A stretch of DNA of 63,752 nucleotides, counting the filler, from Choristocarpus tenellus KU-1152 (taxonomy: Eukaryota > Protista > Phaeophyceae), in the NCBI GenBank assembly GCA_964200185.2. It is 11 parts of 11 records of this genome, joined end to end, with 100 filler letters (N's around TTAATTAATTAA, not from the genome) between each part and the next. Parts side by side here need not be neighbours in the genome. Positions count along the whole stretch, not along the records: positions 21,664 to 29,361 come from CAXNAD020005734.1; positions 29,462 to 38,413 come from CAXNAD020004170.1; 9 more parts are not named here. One strand, 5' to 3'. The notes beneath the pieces are model-generated. The model saw nothing but the letters and a program-made list of their open reading frames with translations, was not told the origin of the DNA and searched no databases. Shown here one piece after another: positions 24,486 to 37,100 of the stretch. The first letter of the stretch is position 1; each line of letters begins with the position of its first letter. The position numbers and the translations under genes were made by a program.

Positions 24486-27422
24486 TCACAGATAGGAATA
24501 CAACAGATTATCTCTCTTCAGAAGAGAGATTCTTGCCTGCTCCTCCAATCGCATAAATTTGGGCCGGTCTCTCCTGTCCTGAACCCAGCACTGCTTGACA
24601 ATTTCCTCGACATGTGAATTTGTAGACGAAGTTGTAGGCAGTGGAGGGCGCTGATGTTCCTCACACACCTTCCTACGAATATGCCAGACTTTCATTCCTT
24701 TCCAAGGCTTGTCCAGGGTGATTATCTCCCACAAGACAATGGCAAAGCTGCATTAACGAGGAAAAAAGCATCAGCAAATTAACACAGAAAATACTGAACA
24801 GAATCTAACACTTTCTCGAAAGCACACAAGTGGAAGTGGAGGCGAAGCAGAGTCCATGTAAGTTCAAAATACTGACTGAAAAAAGGTTTTAAGACAGGCA
24901 AATTCACCCGCAAGCCTTTGCTTCTGACAGATGTAAAAATGGCTCTACACTCTTCTCACTCTACCTGTAAACATCACTCGCTTTGCTGTTTTGGTTATCT
25001 GCTAACACTTCTGGAGCTGCCCATGGTGCAGAACCCCCTCCTGCCTTCTCCAACATACTGCTCTTGGTGATCTCTACAACTCTTGCGAGTCCAAAGTCTG
25101 CCACCTGCAAGGTTAATAATAGGAAACATCCGTTTGACACCAGAAGGAGATGAGCATGAAGAAATAGAAATGTAGGGGTATAAAATTTCTCAATTTTACC
25201 TTATATGAAGAAATGGTCATTGATGTTGGTTTCCTCCTCGCTATCAATCCAACAATCCGCCACCGTGTCAACAGCCCCTTGGTCGAATAAATCCGATTTT
25301 GGCAGACTTCCCTCATTGTGTATTCCAAAGTCATTACTCCCTGATACAATCCAAATTTATTGTACTACCGAAATCGGCGCCACCATAACTTCTCTAAAGG
25401 AGCAGCATTGCATGCACAGTACATGCTCTTTACCCTCCTACCATCCTTTGTAAGTTCCTCTACTGTACCGTAATGCCCCCACCAGATGCTACTTTTCAAG
25501 GATGCAAAGAACCCCGTATCATTGATACTGAAATTGGTTGAATGCACATGCCACATTATGAGGTCAATATTCTACCCTTCCTCTCAGCTTCATTGAGCTT
25601 TCGAGGCGTGTCTCTCCTGTATGGGGTTAGGTTTAGCTGTTCAGCAGAATTAGGGACACACCCGAGGTTCCGATCTTGCCAATGAAATCAACAGAAGAAG
25701 AATCTGGGTATGAGGCGGCACAGAAAGACAATTTTTAGAAATGTGACTTTGGTACTGTAACCATGGTATGAACACACTCCCCATTATGGATGAGGTACAA
25801 CAATGGTTCAATGATATTATCTTGTCAAAGGCCACTGCTGTAGTTGATGCAGATCCTTAGACTTCTTACCTTTGCCCTTTTGTTGCCATCCAGAAGAATA
25901 TTAGGAGACTTGAGATCCCCATGCACGATTCCCTCCTCGTGTATATAGTTCATGCCGGCTACCACATCTAAGATTATCCTCTTTAATTCATCTGTGATTG
26001 AATCGGGCTCCAAACAATCCTTGGTCTCGTCTCTTTGCTCCCACAATTCTTTAGCATTGTTGAGCAAAGTCCGCAAGTTCCCTCCTGGCAGAAACTCAAT
26101 CACAATAATCAACTGTCATTCCAAACAAATTAACACCCACCAGGTAGAGATATGTCAGGAAGTCTTAATATTAACCCCTCAACCTCAATAATTTTCAAAC
26201 CGTAACCCTAGAACAAAACATACACACGTACAACATACTTCATGATTGAAGTATCTATTCATCATAGAAAAGAGAGGCCAACCTACTTCAGCAGTAATCA
26301 AAATGTCAGCCCCCGTTCCACTAACTTCTCACCGGCTTTGACACGCGCTGTACAACATCAAGAAGTTCAACCACATAAGGAGATGCCTTCAATTTCTTCA
26401 TGGCTTTGCACTCTGAAATAATTTTTGGTAGTTCCGTCTCAAATTCCTCATTGTGCATAGACCCAACAGAAGGGAACTTTGCAGCGGCGTTCACACCCTT
26501 GTAGTCCACAAGAAGCACCTGATGAGGTGAACAGATATTTTAGAGTGGGAGGAGCTCAACTTCCTGAGGAGCAGTCTCAGAAAAATAGTGCAACCTACGT
26601 ATGTACTGCACAACTAGCCTGCTATTAAACACCCAAACGCAACAGCTGTGATTCTAACATGATATATTCAGTACAGGAATACACAAGATGACAAGGCACT
26701 GTATATCTCACATCTGACAAAGTGTTTAGGTCAAATCATCAGTCAAGGGTTGCACACTCATTAGTGGTTTATCATGTAACTGTGACACCAAACACGCTTA
26801 GCGTCATCATCTTATACATGCTATACACAACTGCTACAAACTCTCTCCAAACCTCTCACTATCACAGCATGGCCCAAACTTGTCAAACACAGACATGGAG
26901 AAGGGATCCTTCAACATGCCCTGCCTTACCTTAGCAAACCCGCCCTCACCAAGGATGACCCCTTCATGTTCCCAATCATCGATGTCGAGAGTTGGCACAG
27001 CGACATCCTGCATGTGAATAAAAACAAGGGTGGTGATTGGCTCAGCAACATGTACAGTTTCCTCAATTTCAAACTCCCAACATCTTTGCATCATACAAAT
27101 AAATAGTTGTAACACATACCCATCCCTCATGGCAGATCTTCTTCCAGCGGCAACCTTGGCAAGCGTATCAACATGTATGTGAACAATCAGGGGTCCGTTC
27201 ACTTCATCCGTGACGTGTCCACTAGCGTTCTTAACCTTACATATCAACCACAGCACTCAACATACTTTCTTTGGAACACACACAACTCATTACTATACCC
27301 ACCTCCTGTAATCCACTAACAATGTTCTGGGCAGCAGACTTTGCCTGCGATAGTCTTTGACACCACAGCTTGGATTTTTCACACATTTTCCACCTTCTGT
27401 TCCTGTGGTAGTGCTGCATCAT
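24486..27422 (-). CDS. TKL-group protein kinase, non-RD; exons 27422-27303, 27007-26930, 26518-26333, 26112-25870, 25104-24965, 24747-(24537 or 24486); probable upstream exon near 29205-29152; 5' incomplete
   Basis: In-frame across GT-AG introns: LGEGGFAKV, AAAK, ECKAMKKL, EFLPGGNL, HGDLKSPNILL, KVADFGLAR, GSAPWAAPEVL, SDVYSFAIVLWEI, CWVQDRRDRP. Confidence 0.95.
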
Positions 27423-28522
27423 CTGGTACGAGTAGAAAGCAGTAAGACAAAAAGAAGCAAGTTAAATAACCTACCAGATCAACCATTAAACAAAAGCCTC
27501 ACAGAAGTCACAACAGTAAAATAGAAGAGACAAAACAAAGAAGAAGAAAAAGTATATCAGCTCTGACTGTGACAAAATAGCTTGTCTCAAGCACAATCAG
27601 ATTGAAAATTTGTCACACAGTTGCAAGTCACCCTCACAAGTCAACTAACAACAAACTATAATAGAGGAACAACCAATGCAATTAATGCTCTAGTCACTTA
27701 CTACATAACAACTATACTTTTAATTAACTAGAAGATGGGAGAAAAACAAAAACTCTGAGGCGTTCATCTACATTCCTGTCAACACATCTATCACACTTAT
27801 ATGAGCAGGCGGAAAAACAAAATAATGTTCACAGTTGATTTAAATCGCAAGGGAAATGATCACATACAACCCTAACCCTAACTCATATCAGAAGGCTCCC
27901 TTCAAATTGATAGAAATAAGATTCAATGCAGAGAAAGCAGGACTAAAATCAATAAAAAGAAATAGGATACAGTAACATAACAACATGTAAAGCTACAACC
28001 GCGGTTCTGACCCAATTGCTCACTAAAGGCAAGAATATATTAATAGCAAATTCCCTTACCACACATGGTACAAGGGTAATGAAAACACTAGCCCTAACCC
28101 TAATCTCAACCCTGACAGCTATTAAACAAAGAAAGTACACTTTAAACATATTACCAGGATGTCACGCGCAGAACAATCTTTACATATTTATAAATATACC
28201 ATGCTCACTCCTAAGTGCCCCCGCCTGTTACAGCTGCTACTGTTGACGTTCAAAAATGTAATTAAAGAAAACTCAACGCCAGGCAGATTCACAAGATATG
28301 AACACACAATAGCCATGCATATATTTTCTAATTCTCATGGCATGTACTTGACATAATAAGAAATGAGATTAAAGGCTTGACAGATGCATACCTCAACCCA
28401 ACAGTAAAATGTTAAAAAGTTGTCATTGCTACTGTAGTCTAGACGTAGGAATAGTTTTATCGACAATTAACTTAATTGTTAATATATTTGTATCAATTAG
28501 GTCAGTATCCATGTATGTTGGC

Positions 28523-28700
28523 TTCCTTATTTTGGTTGAAATGGACACTCCGGTGAAGCCCCTGCACTGGAGTGTCCATTTCAACCAAGATAAGGAAACA
28601 TTAACTTACATAATCCATCCAACGTATGCAACCAAATCATCCAAAAATCGGGATATAAAAAAATTCACTCTAAATAGACAGCCCCCCACCGCCCCCCCAC
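28523..28700 (+). mobile_element. Degenerate type-A MITE whose left end is replaced by a 33-bp fold-back (28523-28597)
   Basis: TTCCTTATTTTGGTTGAAATGGACACTCCGGTG / CACTGGAGTGTCCATTTCAACCAAGATAAGGAA, then type-A body. Confidence 0.75.
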
Positions 28701-30281
28701 TTCCAACAGTTAATACTAGAGCCTGCACCTAAGGTTTAGCGAAGATTACCTTTACGTAACCCTAACCTGATACAACAGCATCACTCTGCTTGCCTAACAA
28801 ATGTCTAGCAAAATTTCTACCAACAGCACAAACTTTCTTTAAATATATAGATTTAGGTCATCATCCAGATAAGTTGACTCCAGTCCAAGGAACAATCGAC
28901 AATGTAGACACCAGCGTACCCTAACTCTAACCCTAACCCTTTATCAACTTCCAAAAACATAGCTTCACTTTCATGATGTGGTAGGTAAAAGGTAAAAAAG
29001 ATAACAGGGCATGACAAAAAAAACATATCATTGTGAGGGTTGTGAATAAGGCAAAAGGGAGACATAATAAAATAAGAAATGGTATATTTCATTACGTAAC
29101 TAAAAAGGCATTCAACATTTCTAACAAACATTCCACTGACTGGAGAACTAACCTCAAGCATCATCTTCAGGCGATGATTGAGAGTAGATATCCCACCACG
29201 TACCCATCTGCATAGAACCTGTCACAAGATAATAAAATTGAAGCAAAAATACGAAAAATATGTCACTTCATCGATGCGATGATAGCAACGGAATGCATCA
29301 GTACAAAAGTGGTGGTGGTACAAAATAAACAAAGTAAGCTAAATCAAAAAGTCATTTTACANNNNNNNNNNNNNNNNNNNNNNNNNNNNNNNNNNNNNNN
29401 NNNNNTTAATTAATTAANNNNNNNNNNNNNNNNNNNNNNNNNNNNNNNNNNNNNNNNNNNNGGGACATTGGCGCAAAGCAAATTGCTTTTTGAGAAGATG
29501 CTCTGTTCTTCGTGTGGGTCCTTGTTGCAGGAGTTCACAGATTATATGTGTTTCACCGTAACCCTAGCCTTTCACCTGAATGGAGGGGAGTTGCACAACT
29601 TGGAAGGCGTGTATGTTGTGGTCAGTACCTTGATTGCTATCGCGGTTGGTTGCAACTGTGGTGATTGCTGTAGATGTATTTTCAGGGGTAGGATGAGGGT
29701 TCTTCTCTCAGATCGCAAGAAGCATAGACAGTTGAAGGGACACTCACTGGAAGGTGGATCTTAGCGTCTGTGAACATCAAATGATTTTTTTTTTTAATGC
29801 TTGCTTTCCTTGTGTGAGCTAGGTGAATGGGATTAGGGTTGTGCATCTGGGGGGCTGATGCTTGATAAATGGCAATGACTATTCTCGCCACCCTGTAAAA
29901 TGCGGACTGTCAATCCTTAACATTGATGATGACTCATTGGCAATTTTAATTCAAGAGGGAGGTGATTTGCTTCTGAAATGCACATCCGATTTGTGATGTG
30001 CAATTCCCTGCACTTAGTTCGTCCAATGTGAACTCCACCACTCCAGCGTACAGTAATGGACTTCTTTCTCACGACTCCCCGAGTAATTGGCTATTTTTAT
30101 TTTTGTGCACCAATCCTGCATCACATCACATGTGTAAATAGTGTCCGCTGCCCTTGAGGAGAGGTAGATGATCAGTGAGGGAAATTTCTTGTCTTCTTTT
30201 AGCCATCGCCTTTGTGGATGCATCCACGATTCCAGGTGATCTTTCAGTCTGGTGCCAATGTGTGGTATATGCTGCCCTCCA

Positions 30282-30499
30282 AACAGCCGATTTCAAAAAT
30301 TGAGGATGGAGCTTTTTTCATTGAGGATGATGGGCTTGACCCAAAATTGACTGGGGATAAAGTGTCGATATGTTTTGTTTTATTAATTGTCATTATTTAC
30401 AAAAATATATATATCGACACTTTATCCCAGTCAATTTTGGGTCAAGCCCATCATCCTCAATGAAAAAAGCTCCATCCTCAATTTTTGAAATCGGCTGTT
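30282..30499. mobile_element. Complete palindromic MITE family E, ~90-bp TIRs, 4-bp TSD TCCA
   Basis: AACAGCCGATTTCAAAAATTGAGGATGG...GTGTCGATAT and its near-perfect reverse complement around a ~40-nt AT-rich loop; TCCA at 30278-30281 and 30500-30503. Confidence 0.92.
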
Positions 30500-31249
30500 T
30501 CCAGAATATGGAGTATTTGACTCGAAAGAAATGCTCTGTAGCTCATCTTCGGCTCATACGTACGATGAGGTTTATTCATTATTATTCTTGTGTCAATCAG
30601 TGTCTTAGCACCAGTCTTCCCGCCTCGATTATGCAGTAAACGAGACCACAAGATTACGTTGTCAGTGACATCATTATTCCTACGGGTTTGTGTGATGTAG
30701 ACTATCTGAACGTACAGACACCATATCACCATTGCTGTCATTTGATCCAGTAGTAGTTCTAATGTAATGTTGACTCTTCTTTGTCCAAGCTTGTGTGACT
30801 GCTAGGGTTCGTTGCATCTGGTTGGTTTCTGTGGCTTGGTCTTTTGTCATTCTATCATCCTACACACACACAATGTGTTGTATGTTCAATGTATAGATGT
30901 ATAGAAGGGTGCCATTGTCAGTCATCACCTACCTGCCATTTGTCTAGTTCGACCCCAAGTTCCAAGAAAAATCTTGATTCAACCTTCATACAGGCACATG
31001 GGTACAACCTGTCTTCTGCCCTCACACTCATATAAAATGCATGTATATTATGCAGCCTCTGTTGTGGGGCTGCAGGAAAGGCTGTATTTTTTTTATCAAA
31101 GATCGGGCAAAAGGGAGGCATTGAGAGGACAAGATAGTAGCTACCTCTTCCTATCTCCTGGAAGGACATGCGTCATGTAATAGAGAGGTTGCTTGGATGT
31201 AATATTTTCATTAATGACTGATGAACAACAATATATTAATCACTAACAA

Positions 31250-31409
31250 GGGTCTACACTAGGAGGGTGTCCATTTGGTCCAAAATCAGGAAAAGTGCAT
31301 TTTCATTATCCATCCGACGTACGCAACCAAATCACACAAAATTGCGACATGAAAAAATTGACCCCAAATGGACAGCCGCCACCCCCCACCAGATACTTTA
31401 CTTTGACCC
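31250..31409 (+). mobile_element. MITE body type A lacking left TIR
   Basis: GGTCTACAC..GGGTGTCCATTTGG...CCAGATACTTTACTTTGACCC. Confidence 0.88.
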
Positions 31410-31701
31410 AACAGTAAGAGTTGCTGCTTCTATTGTTGCGGCCATGTGTGCTTTTTTTGTTATTGGCTGTCCCAGTGTCTAAGAACACCAACTATATGGA
31501 AACGGTTTTCTGCCCTCCTTGAACAGTCAGTCCCCTTCTCCCAATGCATAGTCTGCACATCATGTGCTTGAAAGTAAATTTATGCATTGTGGTTGCCTTC
31601 CGTGATTGTGCGCAGTACTGATGCTTGAATAAGTAGCTCTAGATCTGTAGGTCACAATCAGTCAAGATAATTCCCTGTAATAGCATCATGACGTAGAAGT
31701 T

Positions 31702-31735
<34 letters not shown>

Positions 31736-31764
31736 CAGTAGTAGTAGTAGTAGTAGTAATAGTA
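31702..31764. repeat. (GTA)n microsatellite
   Basis: Directly visible, about 20 units. Confidence 0.95.
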
Positions 31765-32853
31765 AAACTACAGATCTAAGTATGGATTATTAACAACCAA
31801 GCTGCTTTCGTTGTTGGCAGTTTGATTTGCAGTGTCGATATTGTTATTGTGAATCAACTTTTTGATGTAGGTAGAACAAAAATATCAATACATCAATTTA
31901 TATTGTCCTCAGTTCCACCAGTTGGAATTTACGCCTACAATATGTGGCGATGAGCACAACGAAATACAAGGAACGAAGAAAACTACAGAGAGGATAAGGG
32001 GCATTAGCGAGGTCGAATTTTGGTTAGAAGTAGTTCTCTTTTCCCATTAACATGATGCAACAATTATTTCCTGCTTGTCATATCTGAAACAGGCGCTTAA
32101 CCCACGACATTTAACGAAAAGGCTGCACATTTTTAAAAAGGATTACCTTTTCATATACCCACTCCATTTTGTGGTCACACAATACAACTGGCTATCTACA
32201 GCTATTTAGTAGCCACTATTATGCTACTCCTCCTTGACTGTCTGCCATATATATCAACCCTCATGCGGTCAGGTAGAGGTTGTATTTCCTTCTGTGCTGA
32301 AATCGGCATTTTGTTCAAGTGTACATGGATGGTGATGACGTCCTCACTTGCTGTTTCTTGAAGGCTAAGGAGCTTCTCCACGATGGCATTTGACATCATA
32401 ATCCTCAAGCCTATTACTATTGATCAAACAGCACCAGTCATATTGTCCCTCTCCTGAGACATCTGCGAAACCTCAGTAGGCAATGCTCCAGTAGTTAATA
32501 TTTCAGTTTAAAGCAAAGGGCAACACTTTTAGTGAGTTTTAGACGCGAGGAAGGACTTATCAGAAAGCAGAAGGCGAAATTATGGGATTGTTAGTAGGCG
32601 TAACAATAGGCCTTGGAATATACTTTTCTAGGTACTCTAACACACTAATTTTTTCTTAGTACAACAGATTGTCACGCTCACAAAAGAATATCAAGATCAT
32701 GTTTATTGAGGTGTTATTTGCTACAGTGAGGATAAGTACACTCACTAAAAAAAAATCAAAGTATCCTAAAGGGGGGTAGACTTCGACTGATTTGACATTT
32801 TTCAGGGCCTATAAATTTGATGCCCGACTCTCCATTCTCATTGCCCAAATCCA

Positions 32854-33021
32854 AAAGAATATAAAAGTAAAGCTCCAATATTTACAAAATTTGGTATTGA
32901 AGATCAATTAATAAAACTATACCAGCCAATAGTTCACTTACCTTCTGGTGGGTATATTGTCATAAACCCAACTGAAGCACTTATTTCTATTGATGTCAAT
33001 TCTGGCAAAGCAACTGGTGAG
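32854..33021 (+). pseudogene. rne: Internal fragment of bacterial RNase E/G, Rickettsiaceae-like
   Basis: 56 uninterrupted codons KEYKSKAPIFTKFGIEDQLIKLYQPIVHLPSGGYIVINPTEALISIDVNSGKATGE with the Rne/Rng signature LxSGGxIVIxxTEALxxIDVNSG; AT-rich; missed by the ORF track because it has no start codon. Confidence 0.88.
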
Positions 33022-33211
33022 CTGGAAAGCTAGGATATCCTCCAAATCCAACTATTATTGAAGGCTTTATCTTTAAAAATAAGATAATAGTTTTCAAACA
33101 CGATATAACTAATTGATAAACAGATTTTATTTTATTAAATAGACGAGACATTTTGATATGTAGGTTTGCAATATGAGGTATAATCGGCATCTCTTTAGTG
33201 ATATATTTTTT
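33020..33211 (-). pseudogene. murG: Internal fragment of bacterial MurG, Rickettsiaceae-like
   Basis: KKYITKEMPIIPHIANLHIKMSRLFNKIKSVYQLVISCLKTIILFLKIKPSIIVGFGGYPSFPA; KPxhhhGFGGYxSxP is the second MurG G-loop; lacks the N-terminal GGTGGH and downstream HEQN. Confidence 0.85.
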
Positions 33212-34176
33212 CCCATCAGAGGTCTGTGATAGCAGAAAAAAAGAACATGCTGATGGATGTTTTGTCATTGCATTGAAGATTTAGGAACGGAAAACGAAAA
33301 TCACAAAAGAATCACTAAGACCCTTCACAACAAAAGTCACCCCTTTAGGATACGTTGAATCAAAAGTTGCCTATATTTCCTTGGGATAGTTGTACTGACG
33401 AAATGGGTGTCAGTACATCGTAAGAAGTCGTTTTCGCCTCTCGGATTGTATCTGCTACCTATCAGATTGTATCGACCACCGTATATGGAAGGCCTGTCCG
33501 TTTTGACCCGCGTTAGGGTTGGTTTTGCTCGACGGATTGCTGGCATTGATATGCCCAACAAGTCTTCACGAGGAACCAGATGGTGAGCACCCCCCCACCT
33601 CTGATTCGTCCTGTGGTATGATACCATTTTTTTTTGTATACATCGTCACGGTTGGTAGTGTATTTTATATCCAGATGTGCTTGTTGTAAGTATTTTTTTG
33701 AACGATGAGTTGAAGATGTTTGAACTACTGGACCTTTTCCACTGGATCTAATTGTACTGTCTCTGTTCGCGCCTTGGTATTTGCGCGTGTTGGGCTTTTA
33801 GTACTCCCACCCCTCGTCGTTTCATCTTCCCTTCTCTCATGTGCCGGACCTGGGTCGATGTTGCCAACCCGACCTTGGTCCCGCGTTTTTGTGGTGTGTC
33901 AACAGATACGATACTGCTATTACATAGCAGGGTTCGTAGTAGAGTACAATCCATTGTGTTACGTTACCTCGAATCGGATCGTCGAAGCCAGATTTCTGTG
34001 GAAGAGGTCGGGCATCGATGAGGTTCGAACCCTCAATGACCATGCATAAATAACCATCTTATCAACTACGTTTTAACATAAAACTAATTCCAATCATACT
34101 CTACATTACCAAATTAGGCAGAAACATCAACTACTAACCAATCCTATCACCTCGTCCAACACTGAATTGTCTAGCC

Positions 34177-37100
34177 ATGATGTCGTCGTCGGAGAAGTGG
34201 AAGAGCTGCGACATTGCAGCTATTAGGAAAGAGATTGAAGAGTTGCGGTTGGCCCAGAAGGCCCAAGAAGAAACTGAGACTAGGCTTGTGGAAGAGTTGA
34301 AGTCTCGCTGTGAACGCCAGATCAATCTCGAGGTACAGTCCAAAGTCCTTGGCACCTCTGACGTAGATAAAAATAGTCCTGGAGTGTGATAGTACCTGCA
34401 TTTGCTTACCTGCTGAATGATTTGGTCTGCTCAAGCTCATCTCGGTACCGAACCGGTGCTGAGATGCCGTTCTCTTTCAAGAACTTGAACCAAATACTTC
34501 AAACAGGTTCAGCTTGACGAGGCACAAGCACGCGCAGATCGGCTTCAGCGTGAGAAGGCAGATGACGAAGCCCTGTCAGGCGAGCTCGCCGCTATCATGG
34601 AGGGAGTTGGAATAACAGGTGAGCCGAATGACGTAGCAAGGGTTATTGGAGACGATGCTACGTCCAGCATTCAAGTTGGGGTCGATGCTGGGAGGAGTCT
34701 CGTTCAGAGTATACCGAGGAGTGGATACGCAGGAAACACTGAGGTCAGAGGAGTGGAAGGGAAAATACTGAGTGGAGATCGAAATGCGATGGACACGGTC
34801 TCGCTCTCATCCATGACTGCCCCAGATGGTGCAAGTCAGAGGGGTCTGATGGACGAGCGAAACAGACAGATGCATAACGACTCGATGGAGGCTGCTGCAA
34901 AGAAGCATGCAAAGTCGGCTTCTCCTAGAGAGGGATCATTGAGGGCTAGGGTGGTTGAGCTGGAGCTTGCCAGAAGGGACGCTTTGGACGCGTTGAAGGC
35001 TAAGACGGACGAGTCCCTTTGCCACCAAGTTCAGGTAGCTGTCTTCAGAGTGTTACATGCTTGTCACCCACCAAACCTGTCCGTTGCCATCTTATCTCTT
35101 ACAGTAGGTGTCTCTTTCTCAATGTTCAATCCTTGTACTCGCAGAAAGGGTTTGAGTAAAAGAAGAAATGACCGATTCATAGTTTCACAAGGCCCGGACC
35201 TCACGTTCACACAAGAATTGAAATCATGGTAGAACTGGGTTGACAATGTCAGCTTCGAAAGGCATGGGTTGTGTTTGACTTGTTATCCCGCCACCATAAC
35301 CCTGAATTTTACACTTTTGGCACAGTTCGATGCTGACGACTCATTGCTGACCTAAAATGATACCTCCCTCCCAAGGTGGAGCAACTGAAGAACGTGATTG
35401 ACGCTCTCAGTCACACAACAGAAGACGTGGACGGCGATGTCTGTGAACTCCAAGAAAGATCTACGCGAAACAGCAATGGAGAGGCAAGTAGCCGTTTATC
35501 GTGATACATGCTTGTGCTTTGTACTCACATCACATTCTCGAGACCCTCACAAAATCATGTAATTCTTGACCCTTGGGCTAGTCTCCACTTGTATGTTCAG
35601 ACACCGTTGGATCTGCTGCAAATGGAACAAAGAACCTTTGAAACGATCATGTCTAGAATGGTGTCTGTGAAGAATGTTAGGAAAGGCTCCTGGCACAGAA
35701 TTATTTGTCTCTGAAGTGGAGATCTTTTCCCTCCTTCGTGTCTGAGGGTTAGGGTTAGGGTTAGGGTTAGGGTTAGGGTTAGAGCTAGTTACTGTTCAAT
35801 GCTACGTATGGCATGTAGGGGTTTTAGATAAATAAGTCAACACACGTTTTCTTTTTTTCTGAGTGGTTTTTTCTTTTTTTTTTAATATCTCAACTTCGTT
35901 TTTTTTCTGAGTAATTGTTTTTGCCGGTGATATGGAAGGTTGTGTTCACACAGAGCTCTGATATTATAGTAAATATATTGTGAAATTAGCATGCTTGTTG
36001 TTGCTGGTAGTTAGGGTTAGGCCATGTACTATGTGTCACATACTATGTGTCACATACTATGTGTCACATACTATGTATCATGTACTATGTGTCACGTACT
36101 ATGTGTCATGTACTATGTGTCATGTACTATGTGTTGCAAGGCGCTTCTTCAGGTGGAGGTAGGAGAGGGCTGTATGTGAGCTCTACCTACACTGTCCATG
36201 TGAGTAACAATAATATGATACTGACTCATTGATGACATTGCATGGAAAACAGGATCATCATGTATCAATTGCACACTCAGAGGGTTTTGTAGGGGACAAG
36301 CGTGTCTCCACTAGCTACTCCGCTGTTTGTGAGACCCCTGATGTAGACCCAACAGCCATGCTTCTTCTTCATCGAAAGCCCTGGAGTAAGGAGTTGGGAA
36401 AATACCTCAAGAAGGTAGAAGCCGTCTTCGAGTGGCAAGGTTGGGAGAGGTAAGCTTGTCGAATGCATTCCGGGTTAGGGTTAGGGTTGTTGATTGAACT
36501 GAGCGTTAGGGTTAGGGTTAGGTTTACAGAGACAGACTTTCAAGATGTAGGCCTCTCATTTGGTTACGTCCTCAACACACTGTGGGGTACTTAGGGTTAG
36601 GGTTGGGGTTAGGGTTACAGTGACAGACTTTCAAGACGTAGGCCTCTCATTTGGTTACGTCCTCAACACACTGTGGGGTACTTAGGGTTAGGGTTAGGGT
36701 AATTTTTGTGCCGTGTGTTTGATGTATATATATATATTATTTTATTGAGACTAACGTAGTTTAGGGTAAGGTATCTGGTTAGAGTTAGGGTTAGGGTTTG
36801 GCACAATTGCTACTGCCTTAGTTTAAGGAGTTAGGGTTAGGGTTAGGGTTGTGTAAGGATTGATCGGTTTAAGGGTTAGGGTTAGGGTTAGGGTTAGGGT
36901 TAGAAGAGTAGATTCTCTCCTGAATAGTCTAGGGTAGACCCCTATGTTCCCCCTTTGATAGTATGTAGTTCTAGCCCTAACCCTAAGCTCCCCGTTGCTA
37001 TATTGTACATAGTATGCAGGCGGTTTTTTGTCACACTTCATTTTATACACGCATTTGATACACTCATTTGTCACACACGTTTGATACATTCATTTGATAC

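Larger units (their letters stand above)
32753..33361. mobile_element. Cargo-carrying member (type D) of the shared-terminus TIR family
   Basis: Left AAATCAAAGTATCCTAAAGGGGGGTAGACTT vs reverse complement of right end GATTCAACGTATCCTAAAGGGGTGACTT; AAAA on both flanks. Confidence 0.75.

Noticed and set aside
32996-33268. Functional murG gene, or a contaminating bacterial contig
   Set aside because: Only a ~64-codon internal piece without the GGTGGH or HEQN motifs, embedded among host repeats and spliced genes; misassembly still needs a read check
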